Assembly: GCA_031425655.1 (NCBI GenBank)
Contig: JANPJS010000182.1
Location: forward strand, 1 to 24,825
Source: Abditibacteriaceae bacterium
GTDB lineage: Bacteria > Armatimonadota > Abditibacteriia > Abditibacteriales > Abditibacteriaceae
Direction: 5' to 3'
DNA: 24,825 nucleotides
This document shows positions 17,301 to 24,825 of the stretch, one piece after another. Each line of letters opens with the position of its first letter. The stretch's first letter is position 1. Position numbers and translations under genes: made by a program. The notes beneath the pieces are model-generated. The model was not told the DNA's origin. It did not search any database and saw only the letters and a list, made by a program, of their open reading frames with translations.

Positions 17301-18658
17301 GCCAAACTGGCAGCGGTTTCGATAAGTCGCACATGATACGGCTCCGGGCCGCGCGGTTCGTGGTAATAAAGGGCGAAAGTGCCCAAAACCTGGCCCTGAC
17401 GCGCGAAAATCGGCTCTGACCAGCAAGCACACAGGCCGTGTTCGCGCGCAAGATCACGATAGTCTGCCCACAGAGGGTCGGTAGCGATGTCGGTGACGAT
17501 GACGCGGCGTTTCTCGTAAGCTGCCGTGCCGCACGAACCGACGGCAGCGCCAATTTTTACGCCGTTGATGGCAGCCATGTATTGCGCCGGCAGGCTGGGG
17601 CCGGCTCCATGTTGAAGTTGTTGGCTGCCCTCGTCCAGCAGCAAAATTGAGCAAAGCAAGCCGGGCGATTGCGCTTCTACCATGCGCGCCAGCTCGTTCA
17701 AAACCGCCGGAAGCGGTTCTCCCGTAGCAATCTTTTCCAACACGAAGGCTTCGCCGGCCAGCAAGTTCTCGGATAATTTGCGTGCTGTAATATTCTCGTG
17801 CGCTACGACCACGCGCACCGGCCCCGCATCGGCGAAACGCGTGACGCAAACGCTAAACCAGCGCTGCTCAACGGGGCTGTGGCACGGATATTCGAGGCAA
17901 AAATCGTGGCGCTGACCGGCGATGATTTCTCGAATGCCTTCGGAAACCGCAGGCGCTTCCTCAGCCCACAGACCAGAAGCCCTCTCGCATACTTCGATGT
18001 AATTCGCGCCTATCTCGCAACAAAGGGCCGAGCCTTCGTTTTCTCTTAAAAATTGCCGCCATGCTTCGTTGACGGCGATAATTTTGCCGCTCTGGTCAAG
18101 AACGGCGATGTGCGACGACAAAGCATCCAATGTCGAATGCAAAAAGCGCTGCGCTTCCAACGCCGCCGCTTGTGCCTGCCGCCGCTCCAATTGCGTGACA
18201 ACTTGCCGGCTTAATCTTCGCAGCGCATCCTGCTGCGCCGCATCTAAATGGCGAGGCACGATGTCAATGACACAAAGAGTGCCGAGATTCTGGCCTTCTG
18301 ATGTTTCCAAAGGCATTCCTGCGTAAAAGCGCACGCGCGGATCGCAAATCACCAACGGATTGTCGGCGAAGCGCGCATCGGTAGTGGCATCCGGCACCAA
18401 TAGCAGATCATGGTCTAAAATGGCATGAGAGCAGAACGAAATATCGCGGGGAGTTTCGCTAATGTCAAGGCCGACTTTCGACTTGAACCACTGCCGTCCT
18501 TCGTCAATCAGGGTAATCAGCGCAACGGGAGTGCCGCATATCTGCGCGGCTAAATGCGTGAGATCGTCGAATTCTTGTTCCGGCGGTGTGTCGAGGATGT
18601 GATACTGCCGTAGAGCGTCTAAACGCTTTGCTTCTTGCGGAGGTAATGCAGCTTTCAT
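14366..18658 (-). CDS. Soluble hybrid sensor histidine kinase (GAF-PAS-GAF-PAS x4-HisKA-HATPase-REC)
   Basis: 1430 aa; GAF motifs (FCSHAI, RFYAGMPL; VGSCGTAAY); repeated PAC ends (ENITARK, DATERK, DITERQ, DVTARK, DVSQQRK); H-box SHELRTPL, N-box NLLSNGIKY, DTGPGI, GSGLGL; REC YIEDN...LLDLNLPD...LTKP. Confidence 0.95.
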   Translation of the reverse strand: MKAALPPQEAKRLDALRQYHILDTPPEQEFDDLTHLAAQICGTPVALITLIDEGRQWFKSKVGLDISETPRDISFCSHAILDHDLLLVPDATTDARFADNPLVICDPRVRFYAGMPLETSEGQNLGTLCVIDIVPRHLDAAQQDALRRLSRQVVTQLERRQAQAAALEAQRFLHSTLDALSSHIAVLDQSGKIIAVNEAWRQFLRENEGSALCCEIGANYIEVCERASGLWAEEAPAVSEGIREIIAGQRHDFCLEYPCHSPVEQRWFSVCVTRFADAGPVRVVVAHENITARKLSENLLAGEAFVLEKIATGEPLPAVLNELARMVEAQSPGLLCSILLLDEGSQQLQHGAGPSLPAQYMAAINGVKIGAAVGSCGTAAYEKRRVIVTDIATDPLWADYRDLAREHGLCACWSEPIFARQGQVLGTFALYYHEPRGPEPYHVRLIETAASLASVAIERSRADEQIRFQARLLDTVGQAVIATNLHGNIVYWNHFAETLYGWPAPEVLGQHIASVTVPEISREHAAKIMATISRGESWSGEFIVQRRNDTTFPAFITNEPIYDASGNLTGIIGVSIDATERKQTEAALRKSEQEQRRFAEHLEIERARLAEAQMVAKVGSWELDLRTNVLTWSDENYRIFGMSRSESGVSREVFLERVHPDDRLAVNRAYRESVANRMPYEIDHRVLMEDGMIKIVHERCWTFYDDEGRPLRSVGTTQDITERQQAEQELRASDARFFSIVANVPGMVYQFVMQPDGSIEWPFISEGCREICEMEPEEIQQNPLRPIEMIHPDDRPAFDALAAQSEQTLTPWKWEGRFVLPSGRTKWLEGASRPRRLSSGGTLWDGVLMDVTARKEAETEVERSLSLLQATLEATVDGILAVDEAGHVASFNRKFVELWRIPPEIMESQDDKQMLSFVMDQLENGDDFLARVQELYAHPEAESYDLLVFKDGRFFERHSRPQFIGGRSIGRVWSFRDVSQQRKAETALLKVNDELELHVVARTSELGKANAALRIENAERQVMMATLHQAADALEKAKQEADAANLAKSEFLSRMSHELRTPLNAILGFGQILDSDDLAPLEKESVEHILKGGRHLLTLINEILDIARVESGHIELSIEPIDLSDVVPESCSLVRPLAAQRSIRLDDNAASLGDIHVLADRQKLKQVLINLLSNGIKYNRSGGQVTVSCTHQPDNRIRIAVHDTGPGISPEGLAKLFTPFERLDAAKSEIEGSGLGLVLSQRLVEAMGGTLEVESVVGQGSIFSVEFAQAVAPIEALENSPASLNAATRLPAQRTYTVLYIEDNLSNLRLLEVVLQSRPEVTLLAAMQGSVGLDLARQHKPDLVLLDLNLPDISGKEVLSRLRQSPLTGEIPVIIISADATPPQIERLLAAGAKAYLTKPLNVADFLRALDETLHELSHHEKEKWQTVGT

Positions 18659-18763
18659 TAAACAGCGTCCTGATGTGTAGCCTGCTTAATTATATATCAG
18701 TGCGCAAAGCCCAAAACCGATTGCGTTTGAGCCTCTGACCGATGGAGATTGCTGAGGAGTTTT

Positions 18764-21136
18764 ATGAAACAAGTGATTTTTCTGTTGACAATTTTGGTGA
18801 CGTTGGCAAGTTTTGCCATGACCGCGTCCGCGCAACTCGCCGGCACACCGGGCGCCAATGATTTAATCATCGCGCAGAACCGACAAAGCGCGGCCAGCGT
18901 TGTCGTGGCCGCCAACGCCGGAACGTGGGAAAAACAGGCCGCCGCCGATTTGGTGAAATACATCGAGATGATGAGCGGCGCCAAAGTGCAACTCGTAAAC
19001 GGTGCAATTCCCGCCGCCGGCCCGGTGCTCGTTGTCGGGCGCACGGCGCTTGAAGCCGAGGCCTCTCTGGTGCCGGCATTAGCTAAAATAACGAAGCAAA
19101 ATCCAATCGTGCGCGCCGATGCCGTCGTGGCGCGGCGGGTTGGCAATCGCGTTTATTTGGCCGGGTCGAACGACGAATCGCACTATTTCGCCGTGTCGTG
19201 GCTTTTGCAGCAATGGGGCTGCCGCTGGTATTTACCGACCGATTTCGGCGAGTGCATTCCCGAACAGCCGGTGCTGAAAATCGGCGCATTGGACATGGCT
19301 TACGCGCCGCCTTTTGAAATTCGTCACTATTGGCTGAGTTGGAACGCCGACGGCACCGGCGCCAATGAATTTCGGCGCCGCAACTTCATGACCGAAACCA
19401 GCTTGGCCGGCATGGGCCACGCTTTGGGCAAATATACGGAAAAATTGGCGCCTGCGGGCAAAACGATGTTTAATATCTCGTTTTCCGACCCGGCCACGGC
19501 GCAGGAAGTGGCCCGGCAAATCGAATCGGAATACGCCAAAGGTGTGCCCGCCATCTCGCTGGCCATTGAAGACGGCAATTACGTCAACGATTCGCCCAGC
19601 GACAAGGCGTTGCAAGTCGAATACGACCGCTACACGCTCAAGCCGTCGCTGACCGACGCCATGATGACGCTTTATAACAACGTCGCTAAAATTCTGCGCG
19701 AAAAGTATCCGAATAGTCCGACGAAAATCGGCGGCATGGCCTACGCCAATGTCACGCTGCCGCCGAAAAAAGTGACGACAATCGAGCCAAATCTCGTGAT
19801 GTGGATCGCGCCGATTGACATAGACCCGAATCACGGCATGGACGACGCGAAATCGCCGCCGCGCCGCGAATATCGCGCCATGATGGAGCGTTGGGCGCAG
19901 CTTATGAATGGGCGTCTCGCCGTCTACGATTACGATCAGGGAATGCTGGTCTGGCGCGATTTGCCCAACCCTTCGCAGCACGCTTTTGCACAGGACGTGA
20001 AGCATTACGCCAAAGCCGGCATTTTAGGCGTCGGCACGGAAAGCAGGGGCGCAGCGGCCACGACGTTTCTCAATCTGTTCTTTCGCGGCCAACTGATGTG
20101 GAACCCGAACGCCGATGTGGATGCCTTGACAGCCGAGTTTTATCCGAAGTTTTATGGCCCGGCAGCGGCGCCGATGTCGGCTTATTGGAACGCGATTTTC
20201 GCGGCCTGGAAGAACACCGCCGTAACCGAACACGAATACATGGCCGCGCCCGCGATTTACACGCCCGAACTCGTGGCCGCGCTGCAAAAGCATCTGGAGC
20301 AGGCCGAAGCGCAGATGAAAGCCACCGGTGCCCAGTTAGGCAGATTGCCGCGCGATTGGAAAAAATATCAAGAGCGCATGAGATTCACGCGGCTCAGTTT
20401 CGACATCATCCAAAACTATACGACGATGGTGAAAAGCGCCGCGCAGGACGGCGATTACCACACAGCGGCGGCCTTCGGCGACAAAGCTCTCGCGGCGCGT
20501 GAAGCGTTGACGACGATGAATGCGACGTTCACGACTTATAAAAACATCGGCGAAAACGGCCCGGCGTGGTTTCCCGGCGAAGTGCAGCAGATGAAAGATT
20601 TGGCAACGCTCACGAACGGCGCCAAAGGCACTTTAATTCAAAAAACGCCGCTGCAATGGTCGTTTCACCGCGATGCTCCGGTTCCGGCGGGCTGGACGTA
20701 TATCGGCATGGAAGGCGGCACGCCCAAAGACGCTACGCTTGCCACGCAAGCGCCGACTGAGGCTAATGGTTGGAACCCAATACGCACCGATTTATATTTG
20801 CAAGCGCAGGGCATTTTCAACCCGGACGGCCAAAGTTACAGCGGCCATTATTGGTATCAAACCGCGCTGGATTTGAAGGCCGAGCAAACAACCGGCAAAG
20901 TTCACCTGATGTTTCCCGGTTTATTCAATGAAGCGTGGCTTTACGTCAACGGCGAATTGGCTGCGCATCGTGATTACAGCGAACCGTGGTGGCTCAGCGA
21001 CTATAAATTCGAGTGGGACGTAGATTTAACGGGCAAGCTGAAGCCGGGCAAAAACGTGATTGCGTTGCGCGGCTTCAATCCTCATCATTTCGGCGGCCTA
21101 TTTCGGCGCCCGTTTCTTTATCGGCTCAACGGGTAG
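18764..21136 (+). CDS. Secreted DUF4838-type protein with glycoside-hydrolase-like N-terminal domain and C-terminal sugar-binding-like domain
   Basis: GAGGAG RBS before ATG 18764; signal peptide; AAADLVKYIEMMSGA, GCRWYLP..FGE.IP, MAYAN, LMWNP; C-terminal WYQT...HLMFPG...LYVNGE...DLTGKLKPGKNVIALR resembles GH2-type sugar-binding domains. Confidence 0.7.
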   Translation: MKQVIFLLTILVTLASFAMTASAQLAGTPGANDLIIAQNRQSAASVVVAANAGTWEKQAAADLVKYIEMMSGAKVQLVNGAIPAAGPVLVVGRTALEAEASLVPALAKITKQNPIVRADAVVARRVGNRVYLAGSNDESHYFAVSWLLQQWGCRWYLPTDFGECIPEQPVLKIGALDMAYAPPFEIRHYWLSWNADGTGANEFRRRNFMTETSLAGMGHALGKYTEKLAPAGKTMFNISFSDPATAQEVARQIESEYAKGVPAISLAIEDGNYVNDSPSDKALQVEYDRYTLKPSLTDAMMTLYNNVAKILREKYPNSPTKIGGMAYANVTLPPKKVTTIEPNLVMWIAPIDIDPNHGMDDAKSPPRREYRAMMERWAQLMNGRLAVYDYDQGMLVWRDLPNPSQHAFAQDVKHYAKAGILGVGTESRGAAATTFLNLFFRGQLMWNPNADVDALTAEFYPKFYGPAAAPMSAYWNAIFAAWKNTAVTEHEYMAAPAIYTPELVAALQKHLEQAEAQMKATGAQLGRLPRDWKKYQERMRFTRLSFDIIQNYTTMVKSAAQDGDYHTAAAFGDKALAAREALTTMNATFTTYKNIGENGPAWFPGEVQQMKDLATLTNGAKGTLIQKTPLQWSFHRDAPVPAGWTYIGMEGGTPKDATLATQAPTEANGWNPIRTDLYLQAQGIFNPDGQSYSGHYWYQTALDLKAEQTTGKVHLMFPGLFNEAWLYVNGELAAHRDYSEPWWLSDYKFEWDVDLTGKLKPGKNVIALRGFNPHHFGGLFRRPFLYRLNG

Positions 21137-21215
21137 AAGGCCACACGCCTAATCCCGTAAGGGCACCTGGCGCCACTACGAGCATGGAGCCGTCGCCAAT
21201 TTAATGCAAGATGCT

Positions 21216-21944
21216 TCAAACGCCCACAAAATACTTCAGCGCATCCGCATTACGCACGGCGTTTCCGTCGCCATCGTTATTGAAATAAGCCCAGACTTCT
21301 TTTCCGGTGCCCCGCCATTCGTGGATGCGCTCGGCCCACCAGCGCAAGTCGTCGTCCGAATAGGAACCGGCGTATAAATGATTCCAATCCGGCCCGTGCA
21401 AACGCACATAAACGAACGGAGCCGTGGCGCGCAGCACGCACGGCAGCCCGGCGCCGCTCATGATGCAATAAGCTACGCCGTGCGTTTCCAATAAGCCAAA
21501 CACTTCGTCGCAATGCCAACTCGGATGGCGAAATTCGATAGTGGTTTTCAACCCAGCCGGGATTTGGCCCAGAAAATAGGCCAGGCGAGGTAAATCGCAG
21601 GCGAAAGCGGGCGGCAATTGCACCAGCCAGACGCCCAACTTATCGCCCAGATAATTCATGCCGCGCGCCATGCGCTGCGTCCAAACTTCCGGTGCATAAA
21701 GCCGCTTGCTGTGCGAAAGCGCCCGCGAAGCCTTGACGGTCATGCGAAAGCCGCTGGGCAGACGATTGTGCCATGATCGGAAAACCGCGTCGTAAGGCCA
21801 GCGATAAAAAGGACTGTTGACTTCAACGGTGTTATAACGCGCCACGCAGCACGCAAAGCGTTCCGGCCCCGAAGCGCCGTGCGGATACAAAATGCCCCGC
21901 CAGTGGTCGTAGCTCCAGCCCGAAGTGCCGATGTGAATTGCCAT
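21216..21944 (-). CDS. DUF72 (YecE-like) family protein
   Basis: IGTSGWSY, VEVNSPFY, VKAS, LVQLPP, IEFRHPSW, FVYVRLHG, AYFNND; ATG at 21944. Confidence 0.9.
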   Translation of the reverse strand: MAIHIGTSGWSYDHWRGILYPHGASGPERFACCVARYNTVEVNSPFYRWPYDAVFRSWHNRLPSGFRMTVKASRALSHSKRLYAPEVWTQRMARGMNYLGDKLGVWLVQLPPAFACDLPRLAYFLGQIPAGLKTTIEFRHPSWHCDEVFGLLETHGVAYCIMSGAGLPCVLRATAPFVYVRLHGPDWNHLYAGSYSDDDLRWWAERIHEWRGTGKEVWAYFNNDGDGNAVRNADALKYFVGV

Positions 21945-22009
21945 GAAAAACGTAACCCGCAACTTCGAGACCGCTTTATGAAGGCAGATTTAGAGTGAAT
22001 TTTGGTCAC

Positions 22010-22044
22010 GAAAAACGACCGCTTCGGGGAAGCGGTCGTTTTTC
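22010..22044. terminator. Rho-independent terminator (symmetric), downstream of the DUF5679 gene
   Basis: GAAAAACGACCGCTTC-GGG-GAAGCGGTCGTTTTTC: perfect 16-bp stem with A and T tails. Confidence 0.85.
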
Positions 22045-22063
22045 ATTGCCAGACGGTTACGGC

Positions 22064-22207
22064 TTATTTGGCGGCGCCGATTTTGAACATCTTGGTGCCG
22101 CAGGTCGGGCAAATTCCCTGTTGGGCCGGCTTGCCGTTTTTCATGGTTACGGCTTCCACGTTTTTGGCTTCGCGCTTTTCCTTGCACTTCATGCAATAGG
22201 CTTCCAT
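22064..22207 (-). CDS. Small zinc-ribbon protein, DUF5679-like
   Basis: 47 aa MEAYCMKCKEKR...MKNGKPAQQGICPTCGTKMFKIG; AAGGAG RBS upstream of ATG 22207; followed by a terminator. Confidence 0.82.
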   Translation of the reverse strand: MEAYCMKCKEKREAKNVEAVTMKNGKPAQQGICPTCGTKMFKIGAAK

Positions 22208-22323
22208 GTCGAGTCTCCTTGAGTCAATAAAATTGAAGCTTCCCGCGATGGGCCTCAAGGGCCGTTTTGCAGAGGAGCCTCAAAGAATATACCTGTTTTC
22301 ACAGTGCTTTGTATAGCAAGAGG

Positions 22324-24495
22324 CTAAAAACGGCGGCCAATGCTCAATCCGAACGTCATGGGCGCGCCCGGCTCTCCGATGAAACCGGATGGCGCGAGGC
22401 CCGGATAAGGCAGCGCGATAGGCACGTAATTGGTGTTGAAAGCGTTGCGCAGCCAGCCTTCGGCGAACCACTTTTCGCTCCGCACACCGGCGCGAAAGTT
22501 GGCGATGGTGTAAGCGCTTTGCCCGGCCATGTTTTGGTCGTCGTAGCGATAATTTCCGTAAAGAATCGCTTCGGCGCGCCCGTAAAACGTGCGGTCTTTG
22601 CCCATCGCGCGCGAGTATTGCACGCCGGCATTGGCCGTGTAATTGGGCGAAAACGGCAGCTTGTTGCCGCCGACATTGGCGCCGCCGGACGTGCTGCCAT
22701 TACTAAAGCGCGCGTTCATCAGTCCGCCGCCCGCGAAAAGGTCAAGGCCGGGACGCGGACGAGCGTTGAGTTCGAGTTCGACGCCTTTGCTGGATGCGTT
22801 GCCGACGTTATCAATGAAAAACTGGCCGGGAGCGCCAAAAGGCACGTTTAACTGCAAGTTTTGCCAGTCAATTTTATAAGCGGCGAAGTTGGCGGTCAGG
22901 CGGTCGCTTAACCACGAGGTTTTGGCGCCGATTTCGTAGTTGCGGCTTTTTTCCTGCCCGTATAACTCGGTTCCCGCCGGCGATGCCGGATTGAAGCCGC
23001 CCGCTTTAAAGCCCTGACTAAACGTGCCGTAAAGCAAATGCGAGGGCGTGAGGCGATAAGCAACGCCAAACTGCGGCGTGGTTTCGGAAAAGCTGTCTTT
23101 GAGATTCTGCACGTTGGGCGGGCCGAACGCGGGATTGGTGAAGGCGGTCAGGAGCGCTTTTTTGCGCTCGTAATCGCCGCGCACGCCGACGATGAAATCG
23201 AGTTTCTCTTTCGCCGTAAAAGTCGCCTGGCCGTAAGCGCCGATGCCGCTGTCGTTGAGCGCTGCCTGCGAATGGCTCTCGAAGCCGGGCAGCGGGCCAA
23301 TCGGCGGATTGAGCACGTTAAAGGCGTCCTGATCGTAATTTTGCTTGAAGTAAGAAACGCCTGCCTGCCATTTGAGACTGAGATTTTCGGACAAGCGCAG
23401 CGGCGCGTTTTTCGCCGACGCCAGACGCAATTCGTGGCTGATTTGCGTGTCGCGTTCCTTGTTGTTGCGCGTGGCGAACGGCAGAGGCGTGTAATCGAGG
23501 TCGGTCGAATCTTCGGTTTTCCAGTTCACGAGGCCGGAAATCAGCGTCATGTCTATTTTTTTGCCGTATTGGCTGGCAATCAGCGTCGGCGCTAAAATAT
23601 CGCGGTTGGTGAAGCCCTCGAAATCGCGCGAAACGTGAAAGCGATTGGCGCGCGTCGCGGCCAAATCGTTCAGCGCGTAATCGCCGTCGCGGGCGCGCTC
23701 GCCGGTTAAAAGCAGGCGCACTTCGCGGTTCTTCGCCGGTTTCCACAAGAGTTGGCCTTTGCCGAAAAACGCGCCCCGGTCGTCCAAAGTGTTGCCGGTC
23801 ACGTCGTTTTTGGTGTAACCGTCGCGCCGCGAGTAGCCAAAGCCCAAACGGTAACCCAATATGCCTTCTTTGAGCGGCGCCGAATACGAGCCACGCAAAT
23901 CGCCGAAGCTGTGATTGCCCAATGTGCCGATAAAATCGCCCGACGATTTCCACAGCGAAGGGCGCGTGCTGGTGATGCTAATCAGGCCGCCGACCGTGTT
24001 GCGTCCGAAAAGCGCGCCCTGCGGCCCGCGCACGAACTCGATTTGATCCACGTCCAACAATTCGAGGCTCGACGAGTTGGCGTTAAGCTGCGGCACGCCG
24101 TCAATGTAAGTCGTGACGCCGGGATTATTGGGGCTGGAGCCGATGCCGCGAAAGCGCGGATTGCTCAGCTTGCGCGCTGAAAACTCGTTGATAAAGACGT
24201 TGGGCGCGTAAACCGAGGCTTCATTGATCGAGCGAATTCCGGCGTCCTCTATCGTCTTTTTGGTGACAACCGTATCGCTGAGCGGCAGGTTTTGCAGATT
24301 TTCCGGCTGCTTTTGCGCCGTCACGGTGACGGTGTCGGGAGCAGCCGCGTCGTCGGTTGTTTCGTCGGCGGGCTTCGGTTCCTGCGCGCCGGCTTGAAAA
24401 CTCAACGCCAGCAATAAAGCGGGGCTGATTCGTGAAATCGTGGCGTAGCGCGCGACTTTCGGCTTGGTGGTGAAGGGGGAAATCGAATCTTTCAT
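22324..24495 (-). CDS. TonB-dependent outer-membrane receptor
   Basis: 723 aa; signal peptide, TonB box DTVTVTA, plug motifs YIDGVP and IEFVRGPQGALFGRN, GFKAGGFN, NYEIGAK, C-terminal Phe. Confidence 0.93.
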   Translation of the reverse strand: MKDSISPFTTKPKVARYATISRISPALLLALSFQAGAQEPKPADETTDDAAAPDTVTVTAQKQPENLQNLPLSDTVVTKKTIEDAGIRSINEASVYAPNVFINEFSARKLSNPRFRGIGSSPNNPGVTTYIDGVPQLNANSSSLELLDVDQIEFVRGPQGALFGRNTVGGLISITSTRPSLWKSSGDFIGTLGNHSFGDLRGSYSAPLKEGILGYRLGFGYSRRDGYTKNDVTGNTLDDRGAFFGKGQLLWKPAKNREVRLLLTGERARDGDYALNDLAATRANRFHVSRDFEGFTNRDILAPTLIASQYGKKIDMTLISGLVNWKTEDSTDLDYTPLPFATRNNKERDTQISHELRLASAKNAPLRLSENLSLKWQAGVSYFKQNYDQDAFNVLNPPIGPLPGFESHSQAALNDSGIGAYGQATFTAKEKLDFIVGVRGDYERKKALLTAFTNPAFGPPNVQNLKDSFSETTPQFGVAYRLTPSHLLYGTFSQGFKAGGFNPASPAGTELYGQEKSRNYEIGAKTSWLSDRLTANFAAYKIDWQNLQLNVPFGAPGQFFIDNVGNASSKGVELELNARPRPGLDLFAGGGLMNARFSNGSTSGGANVGGNKLPFSPNYTANAGVQYSRAMGKDRTFYGRAEAILYGNYRYDDQNMAGQSAYTIANFRAGVRSEKWFAEGWLRNAFNTNYVPIALPYPGLAPSGFIGEPGAPMTFGLSIGRRF

Positions 24496-24694
24496 ATGGA
24501 GGCATCAAAAAGCGCACTTTTGAGCAATAATGCGCGAAAACTCATTCTATGATACCGAATTTGGAAGCATTGAGCCGCAGAAAAGTTTTGCCGCAAGTGC
24601 GATTATCACGCAAGAAAACCGCTTCGTGAGTAGCGCGGCGGGGCCGTTTGCTGCGAAACTGACCAAGCGCTGAGAACCTGAAGTGACAGGGCAA

Positions 24695-24825
24695 ACGCAT
24701 TGCTCCTGGTGCCGGGCGACTGAAGTCGCGGCTCAGAGCCTACGGCTGATTCTGCCCAGAGGGCGCCCGGCCTGCGCCGACACAAGATTTAGCTCGAAAT
24801 TCAGTCCGCGTAGGCGGACTATCGG
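24695..24825. repeat. REP/MITE-like palindromic element, copy 2 (truncated by window end)
   Basis: Shares in order with 11091-11231: ACGCATTG, GGCGACTRAAGTCGCGGCTC, CTGCCCAGAGGGCRCCCGG, GACACA..ATTT..AGCTCG and TCAG.CCGCG.AGGCGG.CT. Confidence 0.85.

Noticed and set aside
24496..24700. Cobalamin or other riboswitch upstream of the TonB receptor
   Set aside because: No recognisable B12-box or other aptamer consensus by eye; an Rfam scan would be needed to exclude it.
1..24825. dif site or tRNA gene near xerC and the tRNA-processing genes
   Set aside because: No dif-like 28-mer or tRNA cloverleaf with a GTTCGA T-loop was found in the intergenic regions.

Overview
GC-rich bacterial chromosomal window with 15 credible protein-coding genes. 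No rRNA, tRNA, CRISPR array or transposase was recognised. The gene mix (TonB-dependent receptor, DUF4838, DUF5679) suggests a Gram-negative environmental bacterium, possibly Abditibacteriota/Armatimonadota-like; that is an impression only. In order: GT2 glycosyltransferase and Trm112-like protein (-); secreted multi-FN3-like protein with Pro/Thr/Arg and YPQP repeats (+); a lower-GC two-gene signalling cassette (REC and REC-HD-GYP) bounded by a 12-bp direct repeat (-); PQQ-like beta-propeller (-); overlapping cca-trmFO-xerC-like operon (+); membrane GAF-PP2C phosphatase (+); large GAF/PAS hybrid histidine kinase (-); DUF4838 protein (+); DUF72, DUF5679 and a TonB-dependent receptor (-). The most unusual signal is non-coding. 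Intergenic regions hold nested palindromic elements, and an 18-nt hairpin motif, CGGGYGCCCTCTGGGCAG, recurs inside unrelated host repeats. In one case it is a 21-nt insert flanked by a duplicated GAA, as expected for a very small mobile element. Also notable: an 18-bp-TIR MITE-like element flanked by an 18-19 bp direct repeat, and a heptamer tandem repeat just after the trmFO start codon. Family calls come from motif recognition by eye, not database searches.
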